The position numbers were made by a program, and so were the translations under genes. Shown here piece by piece: positions 43,270-57,640 of a stretch of DNA of 64,000 nt; the stretch's first letter is position 1; each line of letters begins with the position of its first letter. This DNA is from the human T2T-CHM13v2.0 reference genome, Homo sapiens. The stretch lies in the NCBI RefSeq assembly GCF_009914755.1, contig NC_060930.1, one strand, 5' to 3'. Below the pieces are notes generated by a model. The model saw only the letters and a program-made list of their open reading frames with translations. It did no database searches and was not told the DNA's origin.

Positions 43270-43850
43270 GACATTGGTTCCTGAAATGGTGCACTGCCAA
43301 AACAATTCTACAGGAGGTGGCATCAGTTTTGAGATTGGGCAGCAGGAAGCCATTAGAGGCTATACATTCATATCATTTAATGCTAAAACATGTGGCAAGA
43401 TTTGATCTGCTCTAACTTATAAAGCAACGACTGTGGTTGTAGCTCTGAGGGAAAAGATTTGAAAAAACAGTAAAGAGTAGGTAAATGCTTTCTATTATTG
43501 GATGGTACTGGAAGATGTAAGAAAGACGAAAGGAGGAAAGCACTGGCCAGTTTGTAAGCAGGAGTTACAGATAATAGAGGTAATCTAGAATTTGGGGTCT
43601 TTACAATATCAAAAAAAAAAAATACAAATAAGCCTGGGTCTTAGAATCATAAGAGAAGGAATTACGGAAGGACTTTAACAGATTAAAACCTCTAACTAAT
43701 TTAAGTGTTTCAGGGCAAAATTTAAATTAAGGGTATTATTGACACATAGGACAACATAGAACAACTAGATCAGAATCTATGTATTTTTGGAAAGAGTAGC
43801 ATTGTCAATATTAACCAGATTAAAAATGCTGTAATTATTTAAGAAATAAA
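43270..43850 (+). mobile_element. MLT1 internal (MaLR-int) relic
   Basis: ttggttcctgaaatgg..., gtagctctgaggg..., actggccagtttgtaagcag. Confidence 0.4.
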
Positions 43851-43930
43851 ACAAGATTTTCCTATTCTATTTGAGCAGGAGTTAAGCTGCTTAATTAGGC
43901 CTAATTCCTAAGCTCCAGTAATAAGTGTAT

Positions 43931-43943
43931 GATAGATAGATGT

Positions 43944-43996
<53 letters not shown>

Positions 43997-44006
43997 GATA
44001 GAGATA
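43931..44006. repeat. (TAGA)n tetranucleotide STR with 13 uninterrupted units at 43944-43995
   Basis: Counted directly. Confidence 0.97.
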
Positions 44007-44971
44007 ATTTTTATTGCAAATGTTGATGATAGAAGAATATTGTAAACAAACTGGTTAGATAAAATATGGTATATGCTTAAAAATTAAATTATAGAAAGTG
44101 GTTAAAAAATAAAATCTTTAAGAAAACACATATAAATTAAATTTTCAATTAAAAAAACAAGTTGATATAGTTATATGCTACAGATAATCCTTTACTTTCT
44201 TCTCTAATCTTAAAAATATATTGGATAGCAAATTTTCAGGTCAGAGAACCCTACAATTCATGATTTAAATAAAACAATAATACAGTACTGCACATTCAAA
44301 AATTACATTAGTATTATTACTCTTGAAATGTATTTTACTTCATCTTTTTTTATTTCTACAAGTATATCATTAAACTGTGAGCCTGTAGCACATTTTATAA
44401 AATTGTCACCTATAAAAACAGTGATATAAACTGAAAAGATCATTTGATAAATCAAAATTGAGATCACAGTTCAGTTTTAGTATTTGAATGAGGACAGCTT
44501 GACTAAATCTCACTTTATTCTTCACAGCCAATTACTCTCATTGGTTTATAAAAGTAAGGTTTTAGCCTGAGGCAGGTATTAATATTGTTACACAGACATT
44601 AGAATTTTCTGCCACCAATACCATTTTTTATGCCAAGGATATGACCTCATCCCAAAGTACACACTAAGTTGCTCAAAGTGAGTAAAAATGTTAAGAAATT
44701 GTGTAAGGCTGGTAGTCATGGGGCTGTTTTCCTGATTTCACCTAGTTAAGGGTCAATTTTTATCATTGTTGTAACAATTTTGTTTTCCCTTATCATTGAC
44801 CCACAACTAGACTACTTTCCCAGCCTTACTTTAGTAAATGCAGGAATATGTCAAAATTTGAAATGGTGCAATATCAGCAGAGATCATGTAACCCACTTCA
44901 TAAAATTGTCCTATGGATGATCTCTGTGCTCTTTTCTTGCCACTGTATAGGTGCCGATCCACAAGACAAAA

Positions 44972-45430
44972 AGTGAGAAACACACTCACTCGTCCAAACC
45001 CAAAGAATGGATTTAGAGGCATGAAGAACAGCAAAAGTGAAACTATTAAATAATGATTTTGCAAGATCAGGTGTCTGGTGAGTAGGAACATCTGGAGAAG
45101 TCACAACAGGTAGTTTATCTCCTATCATGCAAGTCCCTCCCCTAGTTCCTCATTGGTCAAGTACTGTGGGGTTACAATCTTCCTGGATGTTACCTAAGTT
45201 TCATTATCTCCCTTAGAAGGTTATATTCCATCTCCTTCCCTGCCTAAGTTTTGATCTCCCAACAACAAAACTTTCTTCCCTTTTATGGGCTGACCCCTCC
45301 TCTACATTCCATTTGTTTATTGTGACCTTCTAGGTGCATGAGCCGTGCAGTTTGTTACATTTGCAGGCTAGCTGCCCGTACTTAGATTTATCATGCCTTG
45401 AAAATGGACCATTTAAAATGTTTTCTCACG
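44972..45430 (-). mobile_element. Solo LTR, LTR32-like (ERVL)
   Basis: Inverted termini GTGAGAAA...TTTCTCAC; tcatgccttgaaaatggaccatttaaaatg; family name from memory. Confidence 0.6.
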
Positions 45431-45744
45431 AAGGTGTATCTTCATTGACTGAACCGTAAAAAGAAACTGGGTGCTCAAATTACTGCTTGGAGAAGAAACA
45501 ACCTCTGATTCAGAATACCAAATTGGGATTTTATTGGAGTAAGAGATAGACTCATCATTTCTGATTGATTATACATTTTAAAACTTGTTTTCTACCTTAC
45601 AGTTGCTGGCTTAGTGCTGAATTAGGAAGCATATGAATGCATGTGATAACTTTTCCATTCTTTAATTTTATTCTGTTATTAATTGACATAAAATTACAAA
45701 TTCCTAGTTAATATATGAAGCTGGCAGTTAGATAACTACTGGAG

Positions 45745-48073
45745 TAATACGGTTTGGCTCTGTGTCCCCACCAAAATCTCATACTGTGGCTCCCATAATT
45801 CATACATATTGTGGAAAAGACCGGGTGGAAGATGATTGAATCATGGGGGTGATTTGTTCCCCTGCTATTCTTATGATAGTGAATGGGTTTCATGAGATCT
45901 GATGGTTTTAAAAACTGGAGTTTCTCTGCACAAGCTCTTTTTTGCCTGCTGCCATCCACGTAAGATGTGACTTGCTCCTCCTTGCCTTCCACCATGATTT
46001 TGAGGCCTCCTCAGCCATGTGGAACTGTAAGTCCAATAAACCTCTTTATTTTGTAAATTGCCCAATCTCAGGAATGTCTTTATCAGCGGTGTGAAAATGG
46101 GCTAATGGAGTAAATTGGTACCAGAAGAGTTGGGTGTTGCCGAAAAGATAACTGAAAATGTGGAAGCGACTTTGGAACTGAGTAGCAGGCAGAGGTTGGA
46201 ACAGTTTGGAGGGCTCAGAAGAAGACAAGAAATGTGGAAAAGTTTGGAACTCCCTAGAGACTTGTTGAAAGGCTTTGACAAGAATACTGATAATGATATG
46301 GACAATGAAATCTGCACTGAGGTATTCTCAGATGGAGATTAGGAAGTTTTGGAGAACTGGAATAAAGGTGACTCTTTTTACGTTTTAGCAAAGAGGCTGG
46401 CAGCATTTTCCCCCTGCCCTAGAGATTTGTGGAACTCTGAACTTGAGAGAGATAATTTAGGGTATCTGGCAGAATAAATTTCTAAGCAGCAAAGCATTCA
46501 AAAGTTGACTTGGGTGCTGTTAAAGGCATTTAGTTTTAAAAGGGAAACAGCATAAAAGTTTGGAAAATTTGCAGCCTGACATTGTGATAGAAAAAAAAAT
46601 CAAATCCCATTTTCTGGGGATAAATTCAAGCGGGCTGCAGAAATTTGCATAAGTAACAAGGAGCCCAATGTTAATCCCCAAGAAGACAGGAAAAATGTCT
46701 CCAGGGCATGTCAGAGACCATTGTGGCAGCCCCTCCCATCACAGACCTGGAGGCCTAGGAGGAAAAAGCAGTTTGATTTTGTGGGCTGGGCCAAGAGTCC
46801 CCACGCTCTATGCAGCCTAGGGAGTTGGTGCCCTGCATCTCAGCTGCTCTAGTTGTGACTAAAAGGGGCCAATGTAGAGCTCAGACTGTGGCTTCAGGGG
46901 GTTCAAGTCTCAGGTTGTGGCAGCTTCCATGTGATGTTGCACCTGCAAGTGCACAGAAGTCAAGAATTGGGGTTTGGGAACCTCTGCTTAGATTTCAGAA
47001 GACGTATGGAAATGCCTGGATGCCCAGGCAGAAGTTTGCTGCAGGGGCAGAGCCCTTATTGAGAACCTCTGCTAGGCAGAGCAGAAGGGAAATGTGGGGT
47101 TGGAGCCCCCACACAGAGTCCCTACTGGGGCACTTCCTAGTGGAGCTGTGAGAAGACGGGCACCATCCTCCAGACCCCAGAATGGTAGATCCACTGACAG
47201 CTTGCACCATGCACCTGGAAAAGCCACAGCCACTCAATACCAGCCAGTGAAAGCAGCCCAGTGGGAGGATGTACAAAGCACATCCTACAAAGCCACAGGG
47301 GTGGAGCTGCCCAAGACCATGGGAACCCACATCTTGTGTAAGAGTGACCTGGATGTGAGACACAGAGTCAAAGGAAATCATTCTGAAGCTTTAAGATGTG
47401 ACTGCCCTGCTGGATTTTGGATTTTCATGGGGCCTATAGCCCCTTTGTTTTGGCCAATTTCTCCCATTTGGAATGGCTGTATTTACCAAATGCCTGTACC
47501 CCCATTGAATCTAGGAAGTAACTAACTTGCTTTCGATTTTATAGGCTCATAGGCAGAAGAGACTTGCCTTGTCTTGAATGAGACTTTGGATTGTGGACTT
47601 TTGAGTTAATGCTGAAATGAGTTGAGACTTTGGGGGACTATTGGGAAGGCGTGTTTGGTTTTGAAATGTGAAGATATTAAATTTGGGAGGGGAGAGTGGT
47701 GGGATAATATGGTTTGGCTCTGTGTCCCCACCAAAATCTCACATTTTAGCTTCCATAATTCTCACTTGTTGTGGGAGCGACCCCATGGGAGATGACTGAA
47801 TCATGAGGTGGGGGGTCTTTCTTGTGCTGTTCTCATGATACTGAATGAGTCTCAAAAGATTTGATGGTTTTAGAAAAAGGAGCTTCTCTGCACAAGCTCT
47901 TTTTTTTGCCTGCAGCCATCCACATAAGGTGTGACTTGCTCCTCCTTGCTTTCCACCATGATTGTGAGACCTCCTCAGCCATGTGGAACTGTAAGTCAAA
48001 TAAACCTTTTTCTTTTGTAAAATGCCCAGTCTCAGGTATGTCTTTATCAGCAGCATGAAAATGGACTAATACA
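45745..48073 (+). mobile_element. Full-length THE1A MaLR provirus: LTR 45745-46109, internal 46110-47704, LTR 47705-48073
   Basis: Two similar LTRs, internal region starting gtaaattggtacc, purine tract before the 3' LTR, TSD tggag/tggac. Confidence 0.93.
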
Positions 48074-48970
48074 TGGACTCCCCCATTTAACCTAATTTGC
48101 TTTCAGAAGTTTCCATCTATAACTACAAAGATCATGCTCTGTAAAGTATCCTTCTATATTGTGACTTTAGAGACAAATGTTAACATGGCATTGCTTATGT
48201 CTGTTAAGAAATGAAAAATCAAATATTCTTCTAGATGTTATTTCATATCTGGCCTCAAAGACAAGGTACATATAATTTGGAGAGAAAAAAATGGATAATT
48301 TTAAATGATTAAATAGGTCATGAGCAAAAAATGGTTAGTTTTAGTAATTTCAGAAGTCTTATATGTGAACTTAAATATGTAGTTCTCACTTTTAGTAGAC
48401 AATTTAGCATTCATTTTTTCTTTCCTCTTTTCTAACAAAACCTTAAAGTTTTCATGTAATTCCCCTCTTAAACTAAGGTCGTGTGATTTAGGGTGAGTGT
48501 AGACCAGACCTAGCAACAGAAAAACAGCTACTAACAGTATGCAAAATAATAACAGCTAATTAATTTTTAAGCACTTACTATATGCCTAGACTACTCCTTC
48601 TATAGCAACTCAGGAGTGATTACTATTATATTCACTAAACTGAGTCCTCAAGATAATCTGCCAAGCAAAGTTCTGAATTGAATTGAGGTAGTCAAATACC
48701 AGATAATTTTTTTAATGTTGAAAATTTTAAAATTTTTATTCCATATCATTGTAAACAGTGTTTGAACACTTTCCAGGAAACAAGTCATAATATAACAGCA
48801 AGGATTCATAGCATGCATATAGTACTTATGTGACAGTCCTGTTTATAGAACTGTATGTGCATTAATTCATCTAATCCTCACAATAACTCTATGAGGTTAG
48901 GTCTTTTGCTCTTCAATTTTGTGCTGCATGGGCCAATTAAAATATTGTGATTACTTTTTCTATTATTTAC

Positions 48971-49404
48971 TGCTATGGTTTCAATATGGTTTGTTCTCTC
49001 TGAAACTCATATTGAAATTTGATGCCCAATGTGGCAGAGCTGGAAGTTGGGACCTAGGGGAAGTTGCTTGAGTCATGCGGAAGGATCCCTCTTGAATAGG
49101 TTAATACTCTCCCACTGGTGGAATAAATTAGTTTACTCAAGAGCTAACAGAAATAAGAGTCCTGCTTCCTTAGTTTCTCTTTCTTCCTTTCTCTCCTCCA
49201 TATAATCTTTGTTCACATTTCCATTCACCTTCTGCTTTTTGTCATGAGTGGAGGCAGGATGAGACCCTCGCCAGATACACCTGCCCAATCTTGAAACTTC
49301 CAGCCACCAGAATCATGAGCCAAATAAACTTATTTTTTTGTTTATATTAATAATTTACCCAGTCTCAGGTATTCTGTTATAGCAACACAAAATGAACTAA
49401 GACA
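48971..49404 (+). mobile_element. MSTB/MSTC-like MaLR solo LTR
   Basis: TGCTATGG...AAGACA termini; perfect 5-bp TSD TTTAC. Confidence 0.88.
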
Positions 49405-49699
49405 TTTACTAATTTATTCCCATGATTGTTCTCAAACGCTCTGATCTCAGGACACTTTTATACTCTTAATAATTAGTGTGGACCCCAACAACCTTTTGTT
49501 TTTGTGTCTTATATCTGTTGATATTTATCATATTAAAATATAAAACTTAAACAATTAAAAACAAAGATTTATTAATGCACGTAAAATAGCAATAACAAAT
49601 TATTAAATGTGCTCCTAAGCACTTACAATACCATTTTTATTGCTTATTGCTTGGTCATTTAGTTCCTTTACTAAACTGCAAACACTTATGAAGGCAAGA

Positions 49700-50378
49700 T
49701 ATATTAGTCTGTTTTCACACTGCTGATGAAGACATACCCAAAACTGGGCAATTTACAAAAGAAAGATTTTTTGTTTGTTTGTTTTTTGTTTTTTTGAGAC
49801 AGAGTCTCACTCTATCACCCAGGATGGAATGCAGTGCCTCGATCTTGGCTGACTGTAACCTCTATCTCCCAGGTCCAAGCGATTCTCTTGCCTCAGCCTC
49901 CTGAGTAGTTGGGATTACAGCCATGGGCCACCATGCCCGGCTAATTTTTGTATTTTCAGTAGAGATGGGGTTTCGCCATGTTGGCCAGGCTGGTCTCAAA
50001 CTCCTGACCTCAAGTGATCCACCTGTCTCAGCCTCCCAAAGTGCTGGGATAACAAGCATGAGTCACTACGCCCTGCAAGAAAGAGGTTTAATGGACTCAT
50101 GGTTCCGTAGCTGGGGAGGTCTTACAATCATGGTGGAAAGTGAAAGGCACGCCTCACATGGCGGCAGACAAGAGAAGAGAATGAGAGTCAGGCAAAAGGA
50201 GTTTCCCTTTATAAAACCATCAGATCTCATGAGACTTACTCACTACCAAGAAAACAGTATGGGGGAAACCGTCCCATGATTCAATTATCTTCCACTGGGT
50301 CTCTCCAACAACTTGAAGGAATTATGGGAGCTACAATTCAAGATGAGAGTTGGGTGGGGACACAGCCAAACCATATCA
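49700..50378 (-). mobile_element. THE1B/C solo LTR, interrupted by an Alu
   Basis: tattagtctgttttcacactgctgat...ggggacacagccaaaccatatca; TSD caaga/caagg. Confidence 0.9.
49767..50075 (-). mobile_element. AluSx/Sz
   Basis: Full antisense dimer; TSD aagaaaga. Confidence 0.93.
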
Positions 50379-51161
50379 CAAGGACTATATTTTGGCCACT
50401 TCTGTATTTACAGCACCTATCTGCTTTAAAAATTTTTAAATCTATTTTTAATAGAAAAGTAAAAATTATATACATAGCATGTGGTATACCAAATGAATAT
50501 TTGAATAATATTATAATCTTGTTCAATTTTATTTTGGTCAGAATATTTTAAATAAAAAGTTTAAAAATAAAAAACAGAAATAACATTTTTGCAAAGAAAC
50601 AATTATTTTTGAAAACAAACATTAATGGAAAAGTGATGATTTTTAATGACTTTGCAAATCTTTAATTTCTGGCTTAATAACAGTAAATTTCTAAAATCTT
50701 CTTGTGCACTCAATCTTTTAAAATATGTTGTTTTGGTTTATTTACATGATGAAAACATAGCTTAATTCATATATCTACATAGAAAAGGAAGGAACATTTA
50801 ATGGAGTTTTCAGATAATTGTGAATATTTTTCTTAGACAGTACACCAGAACTCAATAAGTGATATTTTTTACTTTTCTGTGATATGGAAACTGAAACCAT
50901 ATCAATGACAATATATAATCTGTTATACTGTAGTCTATTTGTCTATCTTGCACATTAAATTGATCTTTTATTCATATAATTTTGAAACATCATATTTTTA
51001 TCACTTGGAAAATATTAGTTCAGACTGTTCTGTGGCTCTTCCACAAGTGTATGCAGGTCAGCATACAAATCAAAAATAACGTTTATCAAGATCACCACCA
51101 ATTTTTTCAGTATAGTCTTTAATTATCCAGAATCTCATAAGTTCATAGTAGCAGTTTTCAA

Positions 51162-51456
51162 TTTTTTTTTTTTTTTTAGACGGAGTCTCTCTCCGTCACC
51201 CAGGCTGGAGTGCAGTGGCTTGCGATCTCACACTGCAAGCTCCACCTCCCGGGTTCATGCCATTCTCCTGCCTCAGCCTCCCGAGTGGCTGGGACTACAG
51301 GCGCCTGCCACCACGCCAGACTAATTTTTTATATTTTTAGTAGAGATGGGGTTTCACTGTTTTAGCCAGGATGGTCTCGATTTCCTGACCTCCTGACCTG
51401 CCCGCCTTGGCCTCCCAAAGTGCTGGGATTACAGGCGTGAGCCGCCACGCCCAGCC
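51162..51456 (-). mobile_element. AluY
   Basis: caagctcc, gccattctc, ttagccaggatggtctcgat diagnostics. Confidence 0.93.
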
Positions 51457-53329
51457 TCAAATTTTTTTTAACTCAAGTTTTGCCTTTGGCGAAATGTACA
51501 GTCATTAATTATTTTTCTTAGAATAACAATTTATTCATTTGCAAAAACTGATCGCTTAATACCCAAGTCTGAACAACCATAGTTTGTCTGTCAGTGATTC
51601 TTTCAAGTAAAAATGATGTTCTATGTGAAGGACAGCTAGTTCTGTCGGAACTAAAGCAATCACAATAGCGCTTTTTCTTGAGACACCATGGTATTTTGGC
51701 ACGACAGAAGTGCTATATGCAAACTTTCATTATATTAAACAAAATATTTAAACAAATATTGTGATCAAGTTTATATAAAAAACCTCCTAATTCATAAGTC
51801 TAATATATAACAATTAAATAATTTCAATCATTTTCTCTTATAAGACACTTTGCTAAAATAATAATCCTAAAAATATATAATACAAAAGACGGTGATTTTT
51901 CAAGAAAATAATGCAATACAATTTTAAGTTGATACCTTTTTGTTAGTGTTGCCAAACATAAAATAGAATTTAAAGTACTTAAGCAATGAATTAATTATAA
52001 TTAAGTCTATTTCACTTCTATAATTAACAGTTATTTCAGCTAAGATTTTTAAAGGACATAGTACATAGTAAGATATTTTACTCTCTACAGAAAAAGAATA
52101 AATATTGCTACAATGTTTTGCTTGTTGAACAGATACGTAGAGAAAAGAAAAACAAAGTACAATTGCATATATGTGTCATATCAAATTAGAACATGTATCT
52201 GAAAAACTGAGTAGTCCCATGTCATACAATATATGTAGTTATAGTTATATATTTACTTGAGGTATTTTAAGAAATATAGGAATTCTTATTTTGGGAATAG
52301 TAGGATTCATATTTTCCAAGACAATGTTCCATTTTAGACAAAACAAAATTTTCACACAGAGTGGTTAATAATATGACTCACAGTGACATTTTTTATCCTT
52401 AAAATTGTTTAAAACAAAAATGAGTGTGTAAAACCAATAAGGGTGTAAAATGTGTAGCATTTTAATAATGTATTTCCATCATAAATTTATGCTTCTGTCA
52501 AATTCCAGTGCTCAAGCTTTAATATCATGACTATTGTATTTTAAATCTTTATATATAAATTTTGTTTATCTTACTTTAAGCATATACATGAATGTTTCAT
52601 AAATGTAAAAGTAAGATCATAATTTAGTAAGGAGAGAAACATTCAAATCTTTATATAATCATTTCAAAAGTTATCAAAAAGATTAGAATTTCTTTCATAT
52701 ACTATGTTATAGGAAGCAATAGGCCAATGCTTTTGCTGAGCACTGGAAAAAGTAGGGGGACTTATTAAATTATATATTTAAAGCCATTAGCAACTTGTGA
52801 AAGATGCACTAAAATTTCACGGAGGGAAGTTCTAGTAAGAGATGAAATGATAACAGGTAGACATTCGTTTTTATTTGCTTTGTTTTCTGGGATCATTTGG
52901 CAATTCTTCCCCTGGGCTATGAACAGAAATTTGGCCAGCAAATAAAATGCTGCTAGAAGAAGTAAAGATATGAAGCCTATTAGAGGTTTGTAAGCCTAGA
53001 GTGATAAAAAAAATACAAGTAGAAGTGTTTCAAATACACGAATGGTTTTTCAACAGTACTTTTGTTGAATTCAAAGGCTGTGCAGGACGCTAAAGAGCTA
53101 GAACCAAAGTTTCTATGAGGCACAAAATGGATTAAAAGACACAGTATTTCAACATGAAATGAGGAGTTAAAAATATATAGAATATTTTCAGCTCTCACAT
53201 AGGAGTTAAGAGCATGTGGTATATCTATGCATGTAACACACTCACATACCCTCAAATATGTAAATTTATATATCAATAGACAAAAATATGTAAAATTTTT
53301 TAAAGCACCTAATAATTATACTAGAATTA

Positions 53330-54560
53330 AGTCAAATATCTAAAATTATAAACTCATTTTACAATTAGTGTAAAAATGCAAAGATCGAGAAAATCCAAGA
53401 AAATAATGAAGACGAACAATAAATTTAGGGCTTAAAATAGAACTTGGCTGGGCTACCTCCTGTAATCCCAGCATTTTGGGAGTCCGAGGCAGGTAGATCA
53501 CCTGAGGTTGGGAGTTGGAGACCAGTCTGACCAACATGGAGAAACCCCATCTCTACTAAAAATACAAAATTAGCCGTGTGTGGTGGTGCATGCCTGTAAT
53601 CCCAGCTGCTCAGGAGGCTGAGGCAGGAGAATCGCTTGAACCCGGGAGGCGTAGGTTGCGGTGAGCCTAGATCACGTCATTGCACTCCAGCCCGAGCAAC
53701 AAGAGCGAAACTGTGTTTCTAAATAAATAAATAGATAGATAGATAGATAGTAGAATGCAAGTCCTATTTTTAAAATTCAGTAATGAAAACTGTATTTTGT
53801 TGCAAGATAATAAATTCATAAATATATCATAATATGTAAGTTCAAAATATCTTCCTCCAACTCATCACCCTCACCTAACCATACACAGTACCAACTGATT
53901 TATTCCAAAGATGATAGAGCAGTATATTTAGGAAAAGATGGTCTTTTCCAACACAAGATATAGGATCAATTGTAAATAAAATAAATCTTAATTTCTGCCC
54001 CACACCATTAACAAAGCTCAATTTCAGACAGATTGAAATAATATTTTTAACAAAAATATACATATTCTTGACTTTGGAGTAAGCAAAGACTACAAATAAA
54101 CAAAAAACAGTATCTATTAAAAATGATACGTTGTACAGATTAATATTTAAAAACTTCCGTTCATCAAAGAAGAAAAAAAATAAAAACTCCAGAAACTATA
54201 ATCATAGAGTGGGAGAAAACATTTGTAATATACATATCTGACAAAAAAAAACTTGTCTCAGAGTACATTCCTAAGGCTAAGGAAAACATGAAGAAGGATG
54301 GGAGAAATGAAAATATTGGCAAAAAATTAGAAAGACATTTTACAAAAATATATATACAAATAGACAATATATATAGGAAAAAGTGGTCAATTTTTTTAAT
54401 TTTCAAGATGCAAATTAAAACACCAATGAGATACTTCTCTACACATACTATAATGGCTAAAATGAAAATGATGGAAAATAGCTAAAGCAGGCAAGGATAT
54501 GAAATAAAATAATGTATAATGATTAAAAACTAGTGCAATAGAACTTTTTAAGAGTACATT
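53330..54560 (+). mobile_element. Old L1M ORF2 3' relic, interrupted by AluSp
   Basis: ggaaaagatggtcttttccaac, gagtgggagaaaacatttgtaatatacatatctgac, atgcaaattaaaacaccaatgagatac. Confidence 0.7.
53446..53750 (+). mobile_element. AluSp with a (TAAA)n/(TAGA)n tail
   Basis: gaccaacatggagaaacc, gcatgcctgtaatc, ggttgcggtg, caacaagagcgaaac. Confidence 0.93.
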
Positions 54561-54587
54561 GGTAGCAGACTAGAAATTAGATATTTA

Positions 54588-54990
<403 letters not shown>

Positions 54991-56302
54991 TCAAGAAAAA
55001 AATATTTAAGTAAAAAATATATGGAGAAACAGAGCCATTTATGTTGAATCTGCCTTTCACAGATATAGAATGTTCTTAAGCATTTTTAACTTACTATTTT
55101 GAGACTCATTACCAATAAAGTATCCAGTGTCAAGTTTATCAGACTAGTATTTTTATTCAGAAATAAAAATTAGTATTTGAGGGTATGTTTAGTGTAAATA
55201 CATTCCATCTGCACAATATTTCCTAAACTGTTTAACAATGTGACAAAACTTTTGAGTATCAGTGAGACATGATAATAAGCACGTTTGTGTTATCAGATCA
55301 ACAAAATATTTTCTACTAGAAAAATGATTCAGTGATAGAACACAAACCCAAATGATGTGAGAGTTTAGTTTTCTCTGCCCCTATTTTTATAACATTATTA
55401 ATTGCTATTTTTAAAGTCATTTTTTAAACTTTCCTATAAATATTTTTAACTTCATATCTGCATTAAAATGCTGTGGGAATTTTAATGTATCATGTGGACT
55501 AAGCTTTTATAGCATCTTTATCAATATATAGCTAGAACTAACTACAGTCACAGCAAGTTTAGCTGGTAAAGTCTCTGATAGGGAGGATGTGGTAGAGCAA
55601 AAATTATACTTATTTACTAAATGCAGTTTGTCTCCAAATTAAAGATACCTGGAATCTAATCTTCTTTCTTTAGGTCAGTTTTCCCAGCTAGATTCTCTTG
55701 AAACCTTTCCTAATATTTCCCTTTTCTTCTTAGAAAATAAGAAAAGGGAAATATTATTTTCTTCTTTTCCCGCTTCCTGCTTTACACATCTATTTGGATT
55801 ATAATCCTTCTTTTCTCTGTAACCTCTTTGCCCACTAATCACTTTATTCCCAAGTACTTCCTTAAGTAATTGATTCAAGATTGATGATAGGATGTCTTCT
55901 GGAGGCAGAACAGCCAGTGAAGAGAAAAAGAGCAGATAGTAAACAAACACAGAAGTTCCCCTCCCTACTTTATCTTTATCAAGTGACTGTTTCTGGGCAG
56001 TCTCACTTATTTGGTCTTATCACTTTCTATTATTATCATTTTCTTCTAAAACTCCAATAATAAAATCCTTAGAATAGCCTTCTATAATCAAGGAAAATGC
56101 TGTCAAGTGCCTGTATTTCCTCTGAAATTAGAATGACTGTATCAGTCCTTCTGTACACAACGCTGGTTATTCAATATATAACTAATGGAGCTCTACCGTA
56201 CACCTCCTACTGAAAAAAATAAGAAATTAAGAATAAATAAGCAAAAAAATGTAAAGAAAAATGTATTCAGTGAGTAGGTAATTTTGGGGAAAATTTAAAA
56301 AG

Positions 56303-56451
56303 GTATATAAACATGTATAAACACGTATGGACATACACATATGCACATATACACATATACACATATATATATACACACATACATATATCTATATAGCTGT
56401 ATCTGCCTATCTGTCTATCTATCTAGCTAGCTATTCATCTAGCTATCTATC
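56303..56451. repeat. Low-complexity (CA/TA)n then (TCTA)n tract
   Basis: Seen directly. Confidence 0.8.
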
Positions 56452-57109
56452 AAGAGAAACATAAGGATCTCTAGAATGGTTTAAAGAAGTTTAATGAGGA
56501 TTCTACAGAAAGTGGCATAGAGTGAAATTACATAAAGGTGTACAATGTAAACTTGTTATCCTTTACTTTTTTAAATATAGAAAATATAAAACATATTTTT
56601 GGAATTAAAGAGAGAAGTTTTTGCATTTCCTCTCTTTCAATATAGTACTTAATTAGGTATATTTAAAGCATCTGTCTTATAATGAAGATAATTATGTAAA
56701 TAGATAACTTCTGGTAGGCCACATAAAACAGCAAATAATTTAAAAAATATATAATGTGAAACAAATGGATCTTAAGCTAGAGGCCTGCATTTTTATCATA
56801 TCCTTCTATCATCCTTGGAAGGCCCTAAAATATGTTTATGTAAGCACATATTTTTTGTAAAGTATACAAAAATAATATAATAGATCTGCAATTGGTTAAG
56901 ACCATTGGGAGAAGGTTATGTAAAGAGTAATAGCAACAAAATGACTAAATTCTTATTATCAGAAATTTTACAAACTTGGAAATATGTTTAAAAAACAAAT
57001 GTTTTCATGAGAAACGTTTAGATTATAAAAACAATATCATACTAAAATAAAGTTTAGTAGCAAATTAAACATTCTGTTCTATTTATTTTTAAAATATTTC
57101 ACTGTCATT

Positions 57110-57640
57110 TTTGTAATATTTTGCTGAATGTACATTTTTAATTTGGCAGATTTTTGTTTATTTGTTTTACTTTTAACACTTGAGTATGGCATTCTATTGC
57201 CTATAATTTTACATAATTCCTAATGAGAAAAATGTAGTCATTTTGTCCCTCTTGAATGTAGTCATTTTGTCTCTGTTGTTTTTAGTTTGTCTGTAAATTT
57301 CCACCTCATAGCTACTTTTCAGATGCTCCTCTTCTTGCTGGTTTTTAATAAGTTCATTGATATATTTATAGCTTTCATCATATTTAAAAAAAAAATTATC
57401 CTTCAATATGTTTTTTGTTCTACCCCTTCTTTCCTCTTAGTTCTGCAATTGTACATGTTAGACCACTTGATAATTTTCCCAAGGTAAATGAGGCTGTGGC
57501 CATTTATTTTAGTCTTTTCTCTCTATGTTCTTCAATTTGGATAGTTTGTATTGATACATATTAAAGTTCATTGATCTTTATTTCTGCAGTGTCTATTCTT
57601 CCAATAATTCCATCTATTAAATAAAATATTTTGATACTAT
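57110..57640 (-). mobile_element. Old L1M/HAL1 ORF1-region relic
   Basis: caattgtacatgttagaccacttgata, ttcaatttggatagttt, aagttcattgatcttt. Confidence 0.6.

Larger units (their letters stand above)
49423..51775. mobile_element. Charlie1-type hAT DNA transposon relic, fragmented by later insertions (49423-49610, 50580-51160, 51460-51775)
   Basis: gttctcaaac...tctcaggacac...ggaccccaca; ttttcagataattgtg; gaaaccatatcaatg; aatacccaagtctgaacaaccatagtttgtc. Confidence 0.75.

Noticed and set aside
46810-47525. 113-143 aa ORFs
   Set aside because: Broken frames of THE1A internal sequence
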